Source of the DNA: Eledone cirrhosa
Taxonomy: Eukaryota
Reading direction: 5' to 3'
DNA length: 64,000 bases
Assembly: GCA_964016885.1 (NCBI GenBank)
Contig: OZ024740.1
Span: 193,068,001 to 193,132,000, forward strand
A program made the position numbers and the translations under genes. The notes under the pieces are model-generated. The model saw only the letters and a program-made list of their open reading frames with translations, was not told the origin of the DNA and ran no database searches. Within the stretch, counting starts at the first letter, position 1, and each line of letters opens with the position of its first letter. Below are positions 44,846 through 60,971 of the stretch, piece after piece.

Positions 44846-45984
44846 AATTGATGTATGACATACCTCACTTGGCAGTGAATAGTTATGACAAAACTCAATA
44901 TTTATATACCATGAGTAGTCACATGACAAACTACATATAATTGAGAGGGTGAGCAGGAAAACGTGTAGAAAAAAATAAAATAAATACATATATAGATAAG
45001 TAAGATACATACACACATAAATACATAACTGTTAAATATTTAAATAATTAAATATGTAAATATCCGTATTAGAGAAAAAAACAAATCAGAGAAAGAGCTA
45101 AATAGAGAAGAAAAGGAAAAGATAGAGAGATGAAGATAAAAACGAAGAAAGGGTGATATAGATGGTATAATATTACATAAGGAAAAGAAGAATGGAGGTA
45201 TATGATGCCTGACCGTTTTTTTTTCAAATATTAAGTTAGGTAGAAACTATCAATTAAATAGCGTGAAATTTTTAGTCTATAATATTTGATAGATATTATA
45301 CTATTATATTATATCAAAATTAAAACAATATAGAGTGATATAAGATAATATAACATATGTTCAATGATAATCTGGAGCATATTTAAATTAGTAAATACAT
45401 TCAATATTTAGTTATAAAATTCAAAATTTAAAATATTATTAACTAACAATGGTGCTTACAAATATAGTAAATATGATATTATTAAACTTAACTTACTTAG
45501 ATATTAGCATCTGTATAAGAATTTTATATAAACAATACTATTTAAATCGATATTTGTCAATTACATATAGGATTAATTATTAGTTATATTTATACTTGAG
45601 AGTATTATTATTTCGATTCAACCAAATGTTACTGTATTCAATCAAGTTAAATACAGATTATTAATCAATTTAAATAAAACGAAAGTTATACACGATAAAT
45701 GTAAACAATATCTCCGTACGACGTATCCAAACGTTTAAATTAATTAAACGGTTTGAAAGTCTGAAGATATTACAGATCTCAAATTTATAAAATACAGGAT
45801 GTAAAAAGAGGATTCTAAATCGAAACTAAAGGTACTTAATCAATCAAGAGATTATCATACTCTTTTAAAGAACAGGTATGCTTTTCCTAAGGTGAGGTAG
45901 AAACATTATACACAATATCAATAATAGCAATAATAGAAGCATTACAAGAATTATTAATAAGAGTCAATAACTTTTCTCACTCAG

Positions 45985-47381
45985 TCAATGTTTTTTCCCA
46001 ATTTTATATGATGCTTGAAATGTTGTTGCAGATTTATGGAGGCAATTTGAGAATAACTCACTTTTTCTATCAATTAAAATACCATAATTATTAATTATTA
46101 ATAGAGTCTCGGTATTGCAAAGATTGCAGTTAGGTGAGATGGAATTATTCCGATAAACTTCACAGTTTCGAGGTTTAGTCCAAAAGATTTTATATTTTAT
46201 ATTTTTCTCTTTTAAAGACCATATTAATTGTGATAAAGAAGTAGAACATTTCCTATCCGGATTAGAAAAAGAATGTTTATGATTGGAAAATCTCAGTTTA
46301 AAGTTCAATGAAGTTGCACCTATGTAGTTATAAGTAATATTATTATTTGCTTTAATGGCACATTTATATACTAAATTCTTATCAAGGCAGTTATTTTGCA
46401 AAGGGCATTCAGATTTCGTTCTACAGTTACAGTTCGATTTCATGCTATTTCTATAATCTAAACTGTTCGCATTATCATTGATAATATTTGTAGATGTTCT
46501 ACTGTAATTGTTATTCTCTGTAACTATAGTATTATTATTATTATAAATATTGCCATTATCGCTAATTATCTGTTGGTTATAACTTAGAATTCTGCTATTT
46601 ATGTTTGCAATATTTTGAGCCATGTTCATAGTTGTTGAGTAAGATAGTTCAACTGTGTGTCTATTGAATATAGAGATCTGTTCTAGGGAAACATTTATAT
46701 AATGCTTCAAAAAATAATTGTGCTAAGGGTGTTTTAATAGCTAAAGATGCTGGTGGGCATACCTAATAATTTTTTTCACCGATTTATTCACGAAATTGAT
46801 ATTTTTATTTATATTTATATTATTTTATTTTTATTTTTACAGTCTGCTTTATTTATATTATTCCTATTATTATGAATATTTAGTTTATAATTACATTTAT
46901 TATTTTCTACATATTCAATATTATTTTCATATCCTGCCTTATGCAACGCTTCATTATAATATCCATCTTTACTATTAAAAATGGATTTGTTAGCAGATAA
47001 TCTAGTTAAACGTTGTTGAACACTATTGACTATTGAATTTTTAACACATTTAGGATGATTGGAATGAAAACTTACATAATTTAGGTTTTCATTGGGTTTA
47101 TGGAATGGGTAATATAGGCCTGAGTTTAAATTTAGGGTTACATCTAGAAAGTTAACTACTTTACTGTTACTTTCTACTTCTAAATTCAGGTCATAATCTT
47201 TAAAGAATTCTATAATTGTTTTCTTTACTCTAGTTAATTCACTATTGCTATGTTTAACTACAGTAAATAATATATCATCTCTATATAAACCACCGGTAAT
47301 CTCCGGCAGTTTTCTATTTATCATATTTAGGATAAACATTCCCAGAAGATCGGTAACCTGCGCTGAATCGGACGATCCCAT
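45985..47381 (-). pseudogene. PLE RT (C-terminal half) + GIY-YIG, frameshifted
   Basis: MGSSDSAQV, GLYRDD, VNFLDVTLNL, SNHP; CNCR..CPL..LVYKC..YIGAT..FKLRFSNHKHSF..CNLC. Confidence 0.9.
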
Positions 47382-47690
47382 GGTAATGTCGAAATTATTC
47401 TGCCTATCCGAACGAGTTAAAAAATCGTTATTAACATTAATCGAGGTTCGTCTAGCCGTTCAAATAATATTAGTCTCCTAATATTATGTACTTATGTGTT
47501 TATGTATCTTACTTATCTATATATGTATTTATTTTATTTTTTCTACACGTTTTCCTACTCACCCTCTCAATTATATGTAGTTTGGCATGTTACTACTTAT
47601 GGTATATAAATATTGAGTTTTGTCATAACTAATCACTGCCTAGACTGGAATTGAACCATCAGCACAGTTGAGATATGTCAGACATCAATT

Positions 47691-47756
47691 TATTTTATCT
47701 GATGAGGACGTACTGAGGAAACAGCCCAGTATCTCTGAAATATATATAATAAAATA
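47691..47756 (+). ncRNA. Minimal hammerhead ribozyme (family T)
   Basis: tattttat-CTGATGA-ggacgtactg..cagtatctct-GAAA-tatata-TA-ataaaata. Confidence 0.8.
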
Positions 47757-49151
47757 TATTTGATTACATGAATGTCTATATTTATTAATACTTTTAATTA
47801 ATATTAATAACTCCAGAAATCTAACTGTTGAGTGCTTCTAATCTATTGTAAAACTATATTCATTGATTAATCAATGAACCTTGTTTAACTTTTGGTTATA
47901 TATATATATATATTTTTTTTTCCCTCTGACTAAAGCTTATAGATGTGCCCCTATTCTGAATTTTTGGTGGTCATTTTACAAATATAAGAGAATTTCTTGG
48001 TGCAGTTATTATATTCCATACACTCGTGGATAGGTTTCACGTTGGTTAGGAATGTCCTAAACTGCTGCGTTGCTTTTCGACACATATCTTATAGATAAAC
48101 ATAATTTTCTCAGGAGATACTTGCAGAACGATAGGGACACATTAGAGCTTGTTTAACAAGTATATTCTGGTTTATGGAAGATGTGATACATACTTATATG
48201 GTTGATATTTATTACAAGTATATGTACTTTTAGTTCACATGTATCCCGATACATAGGATGTCAGATGTTCTAGATATTTAACATTTCTAAACAATAAATA
48301 TGATACTCGCCGTGTAAATATGATTGGACTCATTTTAAATAGAGTTTAGTAGCTGTATGACTTCGTTACTCTAATTTTCTTGCCTTTATCCTTTACGTGG
48401 AATAATATCAAATAATTGTAGTTTCTCAATCGCAGTGATCTCATGTGACTAACAAGAAATTCAATGACGTTGATACTGTTATTCTTCAGATATCGTAATT
48501 AAATTGAGGCATTTAGGTTTTAATATTAATATTTTGAAGCACGCAATATACATATATATTATTTGATGGCAATAGTGAAACTGCAAACATCCCTCATATT
48601 GTGGTAATATTAAAGTTTTGCGGTTAGTTTTTCCTGCACACAGTATTTTTCATTTCATTAGTGGCATCATTTGGTATATCTGTAAGTTCGTGGGAATTTC
48701 AGTGTTTTTATTTAGTTTACAAAGGACAAGGCATAGTCGTTTGGTGTCATAAAAATACGTTTATTTCAGAAAGAAGAAAATAGGCATATTTTAAAGGGAG
48801 ATGATCTTTACTGGTGCACCAAATTGAGAAATATTGAGAAGCTAAATCATCACGATCAGAATTTGAACTTACATTTCTATTTAAAATGAGATACTAAATA
48901 TTTAAAAAGTAATTTTATCTAGAAAGCTAGACATTGTTTAGTCACACGTTCTAGAATTTATTAAGAACTTGCGGAGCTACCCGGCTTCGCTCGGTGTTAA
49001 AAAGCTTATTTAGAAAACAATAATATTAAAATTTTAATCGTTATTTAAAAACTTCTCTAATTTAGTTTCTATTTTTTAGATCTTAATATTTATCTTTGAA
49101 TGACTGAATGACTGATGAATTTAAAGAAAACTCGTTATAAGAACATTTAAT

Positions 49152-52100
49152 TTATTTTACTGAATTGCTTTTGGATGCACAATGTTTTTTTGTTTTTCCT
49201 TCTGGTGCGTACACGAATAAATCAAAAGGTTTACCGACGATTGAGCAAGCCACATACAGCTGTCCATGTGAGAAGCATGGATTTTCTAAATTTAGTCCAC
49301 ACACCTGTAGCGATTGTCCTTGTGCTTTGTTGATAGTCATTGCAAAGGCGAGTCGCACCGGAAACTGCAAACGTTTGAATTCGAATTGCGTATCTGTCGG
49401 AATTATTGGGAGGCGTGGCAACAGTACATCTTCTTTAAATTTTCCATTTAAAATTGTAGCTTCGATGATATTGTTCAACATCTTTTTCACTGAAAGCCTG
49501 GTCCCGTTGCAAAGTTGTGGTGGATTGATGTTTCGGAGAGGATGATAGGCACGCCAATTTTCAATGTTAAAATGTGCGGTGGCATGCCTGGCAAATCAAG
49601 TGAATTCAAGAATTCAGTTGGATAATTGATAATTTCGTCTTGATTCATTACAGTATCGATGGACTTATACGTTGTCGCTTCGCCTGGTATTTTGTTTTGA
49701 ATGCTGAAATTAATGGCATTGACATCGTTGTTTTGGACTGCTAATATAGCACGTGCATTGAGCCACTGATGATTTTTGTAATGCTGCGCGATATTTGGGA
49801 AAACTTTGTGAATCAGTTCGTCTCTGGTTGCCGTGATTCTACAGATGTTTGTTGGCAATGTCATACATTTTGTGGATTCATCGATTACCATTTTCCCATT
49901 CCCAATATCCAGCAATTGTTTTGTGAAACGTTCAGCGGATGCATCATTTTGTAGTTGTAACGCATATTGGTTTTTAAAGTTAATTTCTGTACGTGTCGCC
50001 ATAAAACTGATGATTTGAGACATGCATTAAGCTCATCAGCGTTTGTTGATCGCGGTATAACTGGTAGAGTTTGTCGAAAATCACCAGACAATAAAATGAG
50101 TGTGCCACCGAAGAGCTGTTCACTTCCTTTCAAATCTTTTAGTGTGTTATTAAGCGCTTCCAATTATTTTTTTGTGCGCCATAGTACATTTGTCCCATAT
50201 AATGATTTGACATGATTGGAGTACTTTACCAGCATTTTTGGTGATATTGCATGTTGGTGTCTCAGTGATTTGCATATTCAATGGCAATTTCAGTGCTGAA
50301 TGTGCAGTTCGGCCATCATCCCAAAGAGTTGCCGCAATTCCAGATGATGCGATTGCTAGTGCAATAATATTTTGTGATTGTATAGTTGCCAAAATAAGTG
50401 AAATGAGACAAGTTTTGCCTGTACCACCGGGCGCATCTATAAAATACAATCCGCCGCTTTGATTTGTAATTGCCTGCATAATTTTGTCATATACTATGCG
50501 TTGTTCTGGTACCAATTTCAGAAGATTCGTTTGAACAAATGTACCCAATTTGGCGACATCAAAGTTTGTTTCTCGTTGCAAATCACGATCGAAAATGTCG
50601 TTTAGAGATTGATTCGGCGCAGGCATTCCCAATTGTACCAGTGTTTTGTTAGCGATTGCTAAACATATGACCTCAATCGAAACCAATGCTTCATTATACA
50701 CGATTGGTGTGAATTGAATATTCAGATTTTGATTTGTTGCACGCAAACGATGTAGGATGTCTTCACTCATGTAGTCTTTGTATTTTTCCCAAAGATCTTT
50801 TGGATTTGATGGGAAGCACGTTGTCAATATTATTGCGAATAACGTGCGTATTTGCTGTGGTCGAGCAGTATTCGATGCATCAGCGAATGAAGTGTCCCAA
50901 TGTCCATCATTTTCAAGAAGATTTAATTTTTGGCACATACTTGACCGTTTACTGTTCTCAATTCTTGGAATGATGTAGGTCCACGTACGTTGATTAACAA
51001 TAATCGCAAGTAAAAGCATTCTGCATTATTTGGGTGAACAGTGTACAAACGGCCTAACGCGTCGGTCGAATATAAATTGGGATGTCCTTCAACTACTTTA
51101 CCCTGTTTGCGACGTTTAAACTTTTTCGTTGATGTATTCCATGTGTAATATTTTGGCACTTCATAATAAAGTAGTGTCTTTGCAAACACATCTTCACTGC
51201 ACAATGAGAAAAACGCAGTTAACGTTGTTGCCGGTGGTGTCAATGCCCTTGCACGTATATTTTCAGTTGTGAAGTATACGCGCTGTCCATTTTCAAGGTG
51301 CACCGCCAAATGAACAAGTGTTGGATGTCGATAATGGATTGGAAATGATAAAATGCGCCATACTGCTTCATTACTACTAATGTACCGTCCCAATTGGTAT
51401 TGGTCGATTTCATCGATAGATGCATTTGCATTGCACACACCAAAAACTTCATATCGCTTCCTTTGTTGATATATATGCAAATGTACTTGATCACCTTCAC
51501 CGATTTGCAATACTCGACATTGATGTGTGCTTTGAACGTCTTTGAGAGTAATGGAGAATATGGTACAACCCAACGATTATCGACTTCAACATAATTGTTT
51601 CGTACTTTTAAAGTGAAGGATTTGCCGCCATCTTCAGTTGCTCGTCAACGATAGAGTGGATATCCGTCATTGCCAGTGATAGTCTCGGCAACTAAGTCTC
51701 TTGGGTATTGTTTCGTGCATTTCCCATCAGACATGCATGGTGAATTGTTGTTGAGTAAGCCACATGGACCATGAATCATGTTTTTAGTGACGACTTCAAA
51801 TAAGTCTGGATCAACGTCGACATCTGGTATTTCTGCTGTGATGATTTGATCAATTTGATCTGGTATGACATTTTCAATTAACCAAATCAAAATGTGTGCA
51901 TGTGGCAATCCTCTTTTTTGCCATTCAATGGAAAACATCCAAGAGCGTGTCTCTCCAAAAACATGATGCTTGACAATTAAATCCGTTAAAGATTTCAATT
52001 TTTGTTTGAACACACGCGCTGTAATATCATGACGATCCGAAGACGATTGACCAGGTAACAAAAGTTCTTTAATTTAATCCCACGTAGGATTGCATGTGAA

Positions 52101-53719
52101 TGTAATGAAAAAAATATGGACGGCCATATGCGCGAACATATGTCATTGCATCTTTTGCGTATTCATGCATGTGCCGTGGACTCCCTGTAAATGTAGCCGG
52201 CAGTATGACCATTTTCCCCAATTCATTAGGATTCATATTGCCATCATTAACAATGGCATCACGTAAATGAATGTACTCTTCTGAAAGTAGCTTGGTTTGA
52301 TTCAATCGAATGTAGAGGAGTCGTTCGGTTTCGATTTTTGCATACATATCGACAATGTATTGATGGAACAATTGTCGACATATCAAAATATGATTTTCAC
52401 CGTTTTCACGAATCATTAATCTATATGAATAATAATTCAATGCACTGACTTTCTTATTCGTTTCCTCATCTGTTTGTGGATTTCTCAGTTTGATGTTGAA
52501 ATGATATCCATCTTCTCTCTGCCAAAATAAAATCGGATATTGCAAACCATCGTATGACCGATGCGTTTCTGAGACTCGCTGAACATCACCATTTCTGCGG
52601 TGAAGAATTATATCGCGCGAGTTAAATTCTTCACCTACAATAACGATCGCCACTTCATCAATTGTTGGTGCATTGTACTGTCTTTGATGTTGGCCAACAG
52701 GTGTTTTGTCTGCTCTAACTACAATTGTGTAGTCATCACTTGGCATTTGTTCAAGGGCAGCTCTGAACAATCGAATTAATTTGTTGTGTTGATTGAATAA
52801 AGTTTGTAATGCAGTAACAATTTCTCGTTTAGTTCCCGTATTGAATTTGCAACGTCGATCTATTTGGTCATCAGTGTTTCCCATGAAATAAATCTGAAGA
52901 AATTTGTGATCTGCGTCCGGCAGTGGTAGTAGTGATCCAGCACGATGATAAATTTGCCCTTGCACTTTGAATGTTGGCATGTGATTCTCGCGCACGATAT
53001 TTGTTGCACCGAACGATGTCATTTGGAAACATGAAATGCACTTGCGTATGTTTGCCAAGAAATGTTTAGATTCGCTTGTGTCACCTGATACTAACGTTGA
53101 TAATGGTTCAGGTGGTGGATGTAATTCTGGCAATTTCACTTTTCCACCCGAGCAGCACATTCCTGGTGTTTCATTTATAAATTTGAGGGCACCACAATAC
53201 CCGCATAATTTATCCTTTTTTCCAATAATCACACTTGGATGAAGACTGTAATCATAATTTGAATCGTAATGAAATGCACTAAGATTTAAATCAGCGTGCA
53301 GTATTCTTCTGGTGAGAGCATTGCGTAGTCGATTCGTTTCCAATCTTGCTTCCCGTTGCTCGTCTGTTTCAGATGAACGGGCTTGAGCAGTTCTTACTCG
53401 AACGGTTTGCCATCTTGCTTCCCGTTGCTCGTCTGTTTCAGATAAACGGGCTTGAGCAGTTCTTGCTCGAACGGTTTCCAATCTTGCTTCCCGTTGCTCG
53501 TCTGTTTCAGATGAACGGGCTTCAGCATTGCGTAGTCGATTCGTTTCCAATCTTGCTTCCCGTTGCTCGTCTGTTTCAGATGAACGGGCTTCAGCATTAG
53601 GTAGTCGATTCGTTTCCCATCATGCTTTCCGTTGCTCGTCTGTTTCTGAAGCTCGTAATGCATATTTTTTTCCTTGCTTGAGGTGTAGATTGACCAATCG
53701 CTCGTCGTTTCGGAGGCAT
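49152..53719 (-). pseudogene. Helitron RepHel protein (HUH Rep + PIF1-family helicase), multiply frameshifted
   Basis: CGYCGA..CC zinc finger, TFTGSPRHM, EWQKRGLPHAHIL, MIHGPCG, GYPLYR, GRYISSNEA, DAPGGTGKT, GDFRQTLPV, FAMTINKAQGQS. Confidence 0.93.
53320..53650 (-). repeat. 69-bp coding tandem repeat (23-aa STPR-like ETDEQREARL repeats)
   Basis: units at 53344, 53413, 53482, 53551, 53620. Confidence 0.85.
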
Positions 53720-53803
53720 AATTGAATAGAAAATGGGTTGATTTCTGAAATATATACATTTTTTTAAACTATAGATAAAGGACAAACAAACATACATTCA
53801 TTT

Positions 53804-53804
<1 letters not shown>

Positions 53805-53837
<33 letters not shown>

Positions 53838-54080
53838 CCGTGTAACGTCATATTTCCATGCTAGCATGGGTCAGACGGGTTTTGTCCCAATTGGGAACTG
53901 TTTCTGGCAGGCTTTCTACGGCTGGATGCCCTTCCTAACACCAACCACATTACAGTGTGGACTGCAGCAACGTGAACAAATAAAGTGTCTTGCCCAAGGA
54001 CACAACACATCGCCCGGTCTGGGAATCGAACTCACAACCTCATGATTGTGAATCCAACTCTCTAACCACTCAGCCACGTG

Positions 54081-54084
<4 letters not shown>
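53805..54084 (-). mobile_element. tRNA-derived SINE with (GAT)n tail
   Basis: A-box tggctgagtgg, B-box gttcgattcc, gtgtccttgggcaagacactt core, RTE-like 3' end and (cat)n at 53805-53836. Confidence 0.8.
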
Positions 54085-54561
<477 letters not shown>

Positions 54562-55086
54562 GTTAATCTAACGGAGTAAACGATAGTATCGGATCCGTAT
54601 AGAGAACTCAATGCAATCCGAGTGTGGAGAGATCATAAACAATTCATGTAGTTAATTAATGATGCAAAACAATAGGAAAACAGGGTCAAAATAAGACATT
54701 GAAAAACAATGTAAAATTAAACAAATAACATGTTATTCATATTAATATTGATTTATGCATCTTCATAAACAAAAATATATCTACATATACATATATACAC
54801 ATATATATATATATATATATATACATATACACATATATACATACACTTACATATATACTATATTTTACAAATTATACTGAGATAAATGCAAACCTACCTG
54901 CTTCAGTCCTCTATCATCAGTGTAGAATGAGAAAACAGTAAAACAATTGTGGAAAAGGATGGTATGGTGGTTACAGTAGAGACAGATAATTAGGTCAGAC
55001 CAATGGACAGCAAATGTAAGTACAATAGATTAATATGAAGAACATGTTATTTGTTTAATTGTTCATTGTTTTTCAATGTCTTATAT

Positions 55087-55139
<53 letters not shown>

Positions 55140-56514
55140 TACACGTAGTAAATAAAGAGTTATTCCCCTTCCTTCCTGGACATACATACAAACAAACAAA
55201 CAAACATACATTCCTTTTTATATATAAAGATATTAATGCGCTTCATCAAAAGTGACATAACATATTCTTAATATTCGTGAAAACTTGTGTGAGAAATGTC
55301 TTTTTTTATAGCATTCTTCCAAATCGCTATATTCTTTAATTATGAATGGAGCATGACATTTACTTTTTAGTTTGACAATCTTCTTGACAATGAGTTGCAT
55401 TGAAATTTCATTATATAACTCTCATCCTCTTTCAATGCTAGCATTTCCATTTTTTACTTGCATGTTTTCTCGATAGTTATTACACTACGGTGAACACAAT
55501 AGATATTCTGTTCATATTTTTTTCTTTTACAATTGTTATGTCTTTATTGTAATACATGTCAGGATGTGCTACAAATGTTGGTATAATGCTTGGCATAGTC
55601 ATAATGATATAATGATTACTTTCACAAAAGCATTTGCTGAAATTAATTCAAATAAACTACTATGAATTTGTTTTCGCTTAGTGATATACAGAGTCTATCG
55701 TCATCAGATATTTCATTAGCAGCAGACAAAGTTGTTTCTAGGCAAGACGTTTATTGATTCACCGCGCTCTATTCGTTAAATATGACAAATATAATTGACT
55801 TGGCAGTAAGAGTGGTATATATATATATATGGCCAATAATGTATAGTGAAGGAGACGTTTCAATAGTGGCGTCTCATCGGGCGTCAGGACAAATTTATGA
55901 AGAGAAAACCATTAGCCTACTAAATTTAATTTACTACAGCGGAGCCACTTTTTCGAGATCAAGGGAACTAATTTTTAAGTTCCGAATTTCTCGGTCCTAG
56001 AAACCTTGAAATATGCGTTTGTGTAATAAGTGCGCAACTCAATTTATACGCTAATCTGTGTGTATGTATAATGTCCGTGTGACATGAGTTGTACGCTAAT
56101 AATGTAAAAAACCATTTAGGGGGTGTTGATTAGAAACGGATATGGTAGGATTTTTAACGCTGTGACGCCAAAGGAGGTAAATTATGGTGAGATAAATATC
56201 TGTGTGTAATCCAGCATGCGAAATATTTTGCAAATATTCCAGTCTCTTCTATTATCCCCCCAATAATTAACATCTGAACAGGCAAACATGTTTTTAACTG
56301 TATGTGTTTCCGCTAGCGTGCAATACGATTTTGTAAGGCTAAAACCACTTTCAACAATCTATTATGTCGTGTGTATGAGGTTGCGATGTGATTAATGATT
56401 TGTGTGTGAATAGGTGACAAAGAGAGATAGGTTAATCGAACTCCTTTGAAGGGATTAAGATTTTAGATAATTAGCTTACAAATCGAGCTACATGCATATT
56501 ACAAATACACACAG

Positions 56515-56600
<86 letters not shown>

Positions 56601-56871
56601 GAAAACGAAGAATCGGTGATGCATCGGAACACAGTTTACGTATCACAATTGCGAACAGCTGGAGGTGCGCTCTGCTTGTGGATCGAACCTGACTCTGGAT
56701 TCGCAAGTTCCCCAGATACGTTAGCTGAGTAAAAACAATTGTAATACGTAATAAACTGTGTTCTTGTGCATCTTCGTTATCCACATTACTACAACCTGCT
56801 CCGAAGGAGCGTAGAGTGCTTACTGGCATACCGCCTATGGACGCATCCAAGCAACCTTACTACAAATACAC

Positions 56872-56963
<92 letters not shown>

Positions 56964-56964
56964 A

Positions 56965-57320
56965 TATCATCATCATCATCATCACCACCCGGTGACCTCA
57001 GCCGAAATGGACTCAACAATTGATCTCCATGTCGGTCTGTCGTTCATTACCGCTGCCAAATCATGGAGTTCAATATCAGAATCTCTGGAGAGGACATCGG
57101 GGTGCGAGAGCTTGCTCCCCCTGTTGTTAGTGATTGCTTGTGGTTTCCAAAGCACTAATGGTGACACAGTCTCGTAGGTGGCACGATGACAGCAGCCAGC
57201 AAATCTTACTCTCCTCTTACGTACAACGACAGAGACCGGCATATATCTCTCTCTCAAAGGCAGATGTCGCCAGCTTATGTTCTGCATGCACTGAAGCAGG
57301 CGAATGCAACACATTTTCTC
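56965..57320 (-). mobile_element. RTE-like non-LTR retrotransposon 3' fragment
   Basis: ORF 56982-57314 RRVRFAGCCHR..LVLWKP..RG..W; (gat)n tail. Confidence 0.7.
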
Positions 57321-58029
57321 ATAATTCAGTTAGAGAAAATTTCATTTGAACATAGTTGCCAATAGAATGGGACACGATAACATATCGTTTGATAGTATCG
57401 GAACAGTAGATACCACATTAATTTACGAAATTGTGGATGGATGTTGAAACATCATTCAAGAAGATACACTCAATATTTCAATTGAAGACGAAGTACGTTG
57501 TTTAATCAAATCAACCACCTAAAAGTCAAAAGAAATTAACAGCTAGAGATGTAAAATAAATTGCAAGATATGTGCCACAAACTCACATATCACCTCCTAA
57601 ATATGAAGTATAATTCATTAAATAAATTGTTTAGGATGCTCGTCTATAAAATCTTTAGAAACATGTAAGAAGATTGTTCATAGTATAGATGCGAAATCCA
57701 GTCTGAAGTGAAATAACTACACCTTACAAATCATACAGGCTGATATTTAGCAGTTTTCATTGGATATACATGATTATTCAATCAATGTCCTAAATATGAA
57801 TATCAGATCTACACATACATATTTTAAAATGCGAGTGAGGTTGAAGGAATCGCTTTCTATAGGAGAATACCAACTCAGATATAACCGTCAGTCCGAAAGT
57901 CGTAACTTAAAGGCAACATATTTAAGGCGTGAATTTATTCCCACCAGAGATGATTGCCATACGTAAATATATATATATATATACACAATTAACAACAAAG
58001 AGCGCTTAGAACAAAGGTATATCTTTAAT

Positions 58030-58075
58030 TGCTAACAGTGTTTCGTCCACACTAGAAGTGGGACTCTTCAGAGCA
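58030..58075 (-). ncRNA. Minimal hammerhead ribozyme
   Basis: tgct-CTGAAGA-gtcccact tct agtgtggac-GAAA-cactg-TT-agca. Confidence 0.85.
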
Positions 58076-58379
58076 TAAAGAGTAAATACAAAGTATACAA
58101 GCATTGACAAAGCCAGGACAGAAGAATATATGTGGGGATACCATAAGTTGGGAGGAGTTTAAGGAGTAAAGTAAAAGGAGCAAAATAAGAGGAGTAAAAT
58201 AAGAGGAATAAAATAAAATAAAATAAACATAAAAATAAGAATAAGATTAAGAATAAAAAAAGAATAAGATTAAGAATAAAAATAATAATAAAAATAATAA
58301 TACTATTAATAATAAAAATAAAAATAAAAATAAAAATAAGAATGAAAAATGAAAAATGAAAAATGAAAAATGAAAAATA

Positions 58380-58564
58380 ATAAATAAAAAATAAAAAATA
58401 ATAGATAAATAAAAAATAAAAAATAAAAAATAAAAAATAAAAAATAAAAAATAAAAAATAAAAAATAAAAAATAAAAAATAAAAAATAAAAAATAAAAAA
58501 TAAAAAATAAAAAATAAAAAATAAAAAATAAAAAATAAAAAATAAAAAATAAAAAATAAAAAAT

Positions 58565-58601
<37 letters not shown>

Positions 58602-58892
58602 AAATAAAAAATAAAAAATAAAAAATAAAAAATAAAAAATAAAAAATAAAAAATAAAAAATAAAAAATAAAAAATAAAAAATAAAAAATAAAAAATAAAT
58701 AAAAAATAAAAAATAAAAAATAAAAAATAAAAAATAAAAAATAAAAAATAAAAAATAAATAAAAAATAAAAAATAAAAAATAAAAAATAAAAAATAAAAA
58801 ATAAAAAATAAAAAATAAAAAATAAAAAATAAAAAATAAAAAATAAAAAATAAAAAATACAAAATAAAAAATAAAAAATAAATAATAAAAAA
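58380..58892. repeat. (AAAAATA)n heptamer array
   Basis: direct reading. Confidence 0.95.
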
Positions 58893-59628
58893 TAAGAGAT
58901 GTTATCACTCACAGTTGGGCAGGGTTACGTTAACATACAGCTACATACAATTATATGCATAAGCATGAGCACCCGCATGCACCTATACACAAGCACCCGT
59001 ATGCAACACATACAGTATACACTAATAAAAATAACATATCATATACGGATGGGCACAAGTTAAGAGGTAGAGATAGATAAAAAAAAGAAAATAGATAAGA
59101 GGTAGATAAAAATAGATAAGAAATAGATAAAAAATAGATAAAAAATAGATAAAAAATATAAATAAAAATTAGATAAGAAATAGATAAAAAGTAGCTAAAA
59201 AATAGATAAAAAAATAGATAAGAAATAGATAAAAATAGCTAAAATATCGATGAAAGATAAATAGTAAAAAAAATAATAAAAAATAATAAATAATAAATAA
59301 TAAAAAATAAAAAATATGATAAAATAAAATAAAATAAAATAAAATAAAATAAAATAAAATAAAGTAAAATAAAATAAAATAATATAATAAAAGGTAAATT
59401 AAAATATACACCAGAAGATAGATAAAAATAAAAGAACAACAATACACCAAATAAAATGGAGTAAAATATACACCATAAAGGAAGGTGTGGGTAAAGATAA
59501 GACAGGCAAATGCATAAGCTATCAAGCTATGTTCAACAAAGGATAAACGTACAACACATAAAATACAGAAAGATATATATATACAAAAATATATATAAAA
59601 AATATATATAAAAGAGACGCATATATAA

Positions 59629-59743
<115 letters not shown>

Positions 59744-59813
59744 TATATACATATATCAGTCCAAGTAATGTATAATTATAAAGATGTAACTGGGGGTAAC
59801 TCCCAATTCTCTC

Positions 59814-59933
<120 letters not shown>

Positions 59934-60971
59934 ATATATATATATATATATATATAATATAATATAAAATGCGAAGTAGTTATAGATGTTACAATTCTTT
60001 ATTGATAGGATTGATACATTTTTTTATTGTGAGCCCTAATTCCCTTTCTCAGATTCGCACCGGCGCAAATATGATGGAATTTTACCATCTAGCCACTACG
60101 TATAACATTATGTATGTACATATACAATGGATATCATATACACGTCAAATCACAATCCATATGTTAGCTTGTGGCTAACGTAGAAATCATTTGCCGGTGT
60201 CACGTAGAGATATAACCCCTTACACCACGTAGTTGTCAAGCAAATTCCATACGCTTATAAACTGGGTCTGCATGTGTGTGTCTGTGAACCTGTTTTTGCC
60301 GTCATACTGTTGGATATGATAATGGTTATTTATATCCATTTCAAGTATATTTGGAGACAATCGCTATACATATTGTGAACGAAGCATCACGTCGTTTAGA
60401 AATAATCAAGACGAGAAGTTAAAGAAATATACATAACTATATTTAATGAAAATAAGAATTATGAACAAAATTAATAGAGAAAGGAAGCAAAGAAAAATGA
60501 ATTTCCAATGTGTCAAAAGACTCAGAAAGTTATAGCGCAAAACATAATAATAGAGTTGACCCAAAGACAACTGATCGACACATAAAATAATTACTTTCTA
60601 TATTAAACAGACATGCTTGAAGTTTAAAGAATATCAGGAAAGAAACAAATTTAAGGAAACAAGAAATGGTGGAAAATATGAAGAATAGAAATGAATAAAA
60701 TAGCCAGAGGCTTATAAAAAGTTGCCAGTAACTTATTTCCAAAAGATTCACCAGACATTTGTCATTGAACTGTCCGTAGAAGTGAGATGTGAATGACTGA
60801 GGCGAAAATGATAGACTGTTAAATTAAGAAATAAATGAAAAGTTAATATTTAAGATTTCTATTTCGTTTCAAGATGGCTAAAATGATACTTCGGCAACAT
60901 CAGAGTGTACCCACTCACATTAACTCTGACCGACTGTAATTCTACAGATTTGATTGAGGTCCAACGTCTTT

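Larger units (their letters stand above)
44735..47897 (-). mobile_element. 5'-truncated PLE (Nematis/Hydra-like) with inverted pseudo-LTR
   Basis: 44735-45030 inverted vs 47490-47800; RT C-half and GIY-YIG inside; (TA)n flanks. Confidence 0.88.

Noticed and set aside
58068-58912. Phe/Ile/Tyr-rich ORFs resembling membrane proteins
   Set aside because: Translation of the (AAAAATA)n heptamer array
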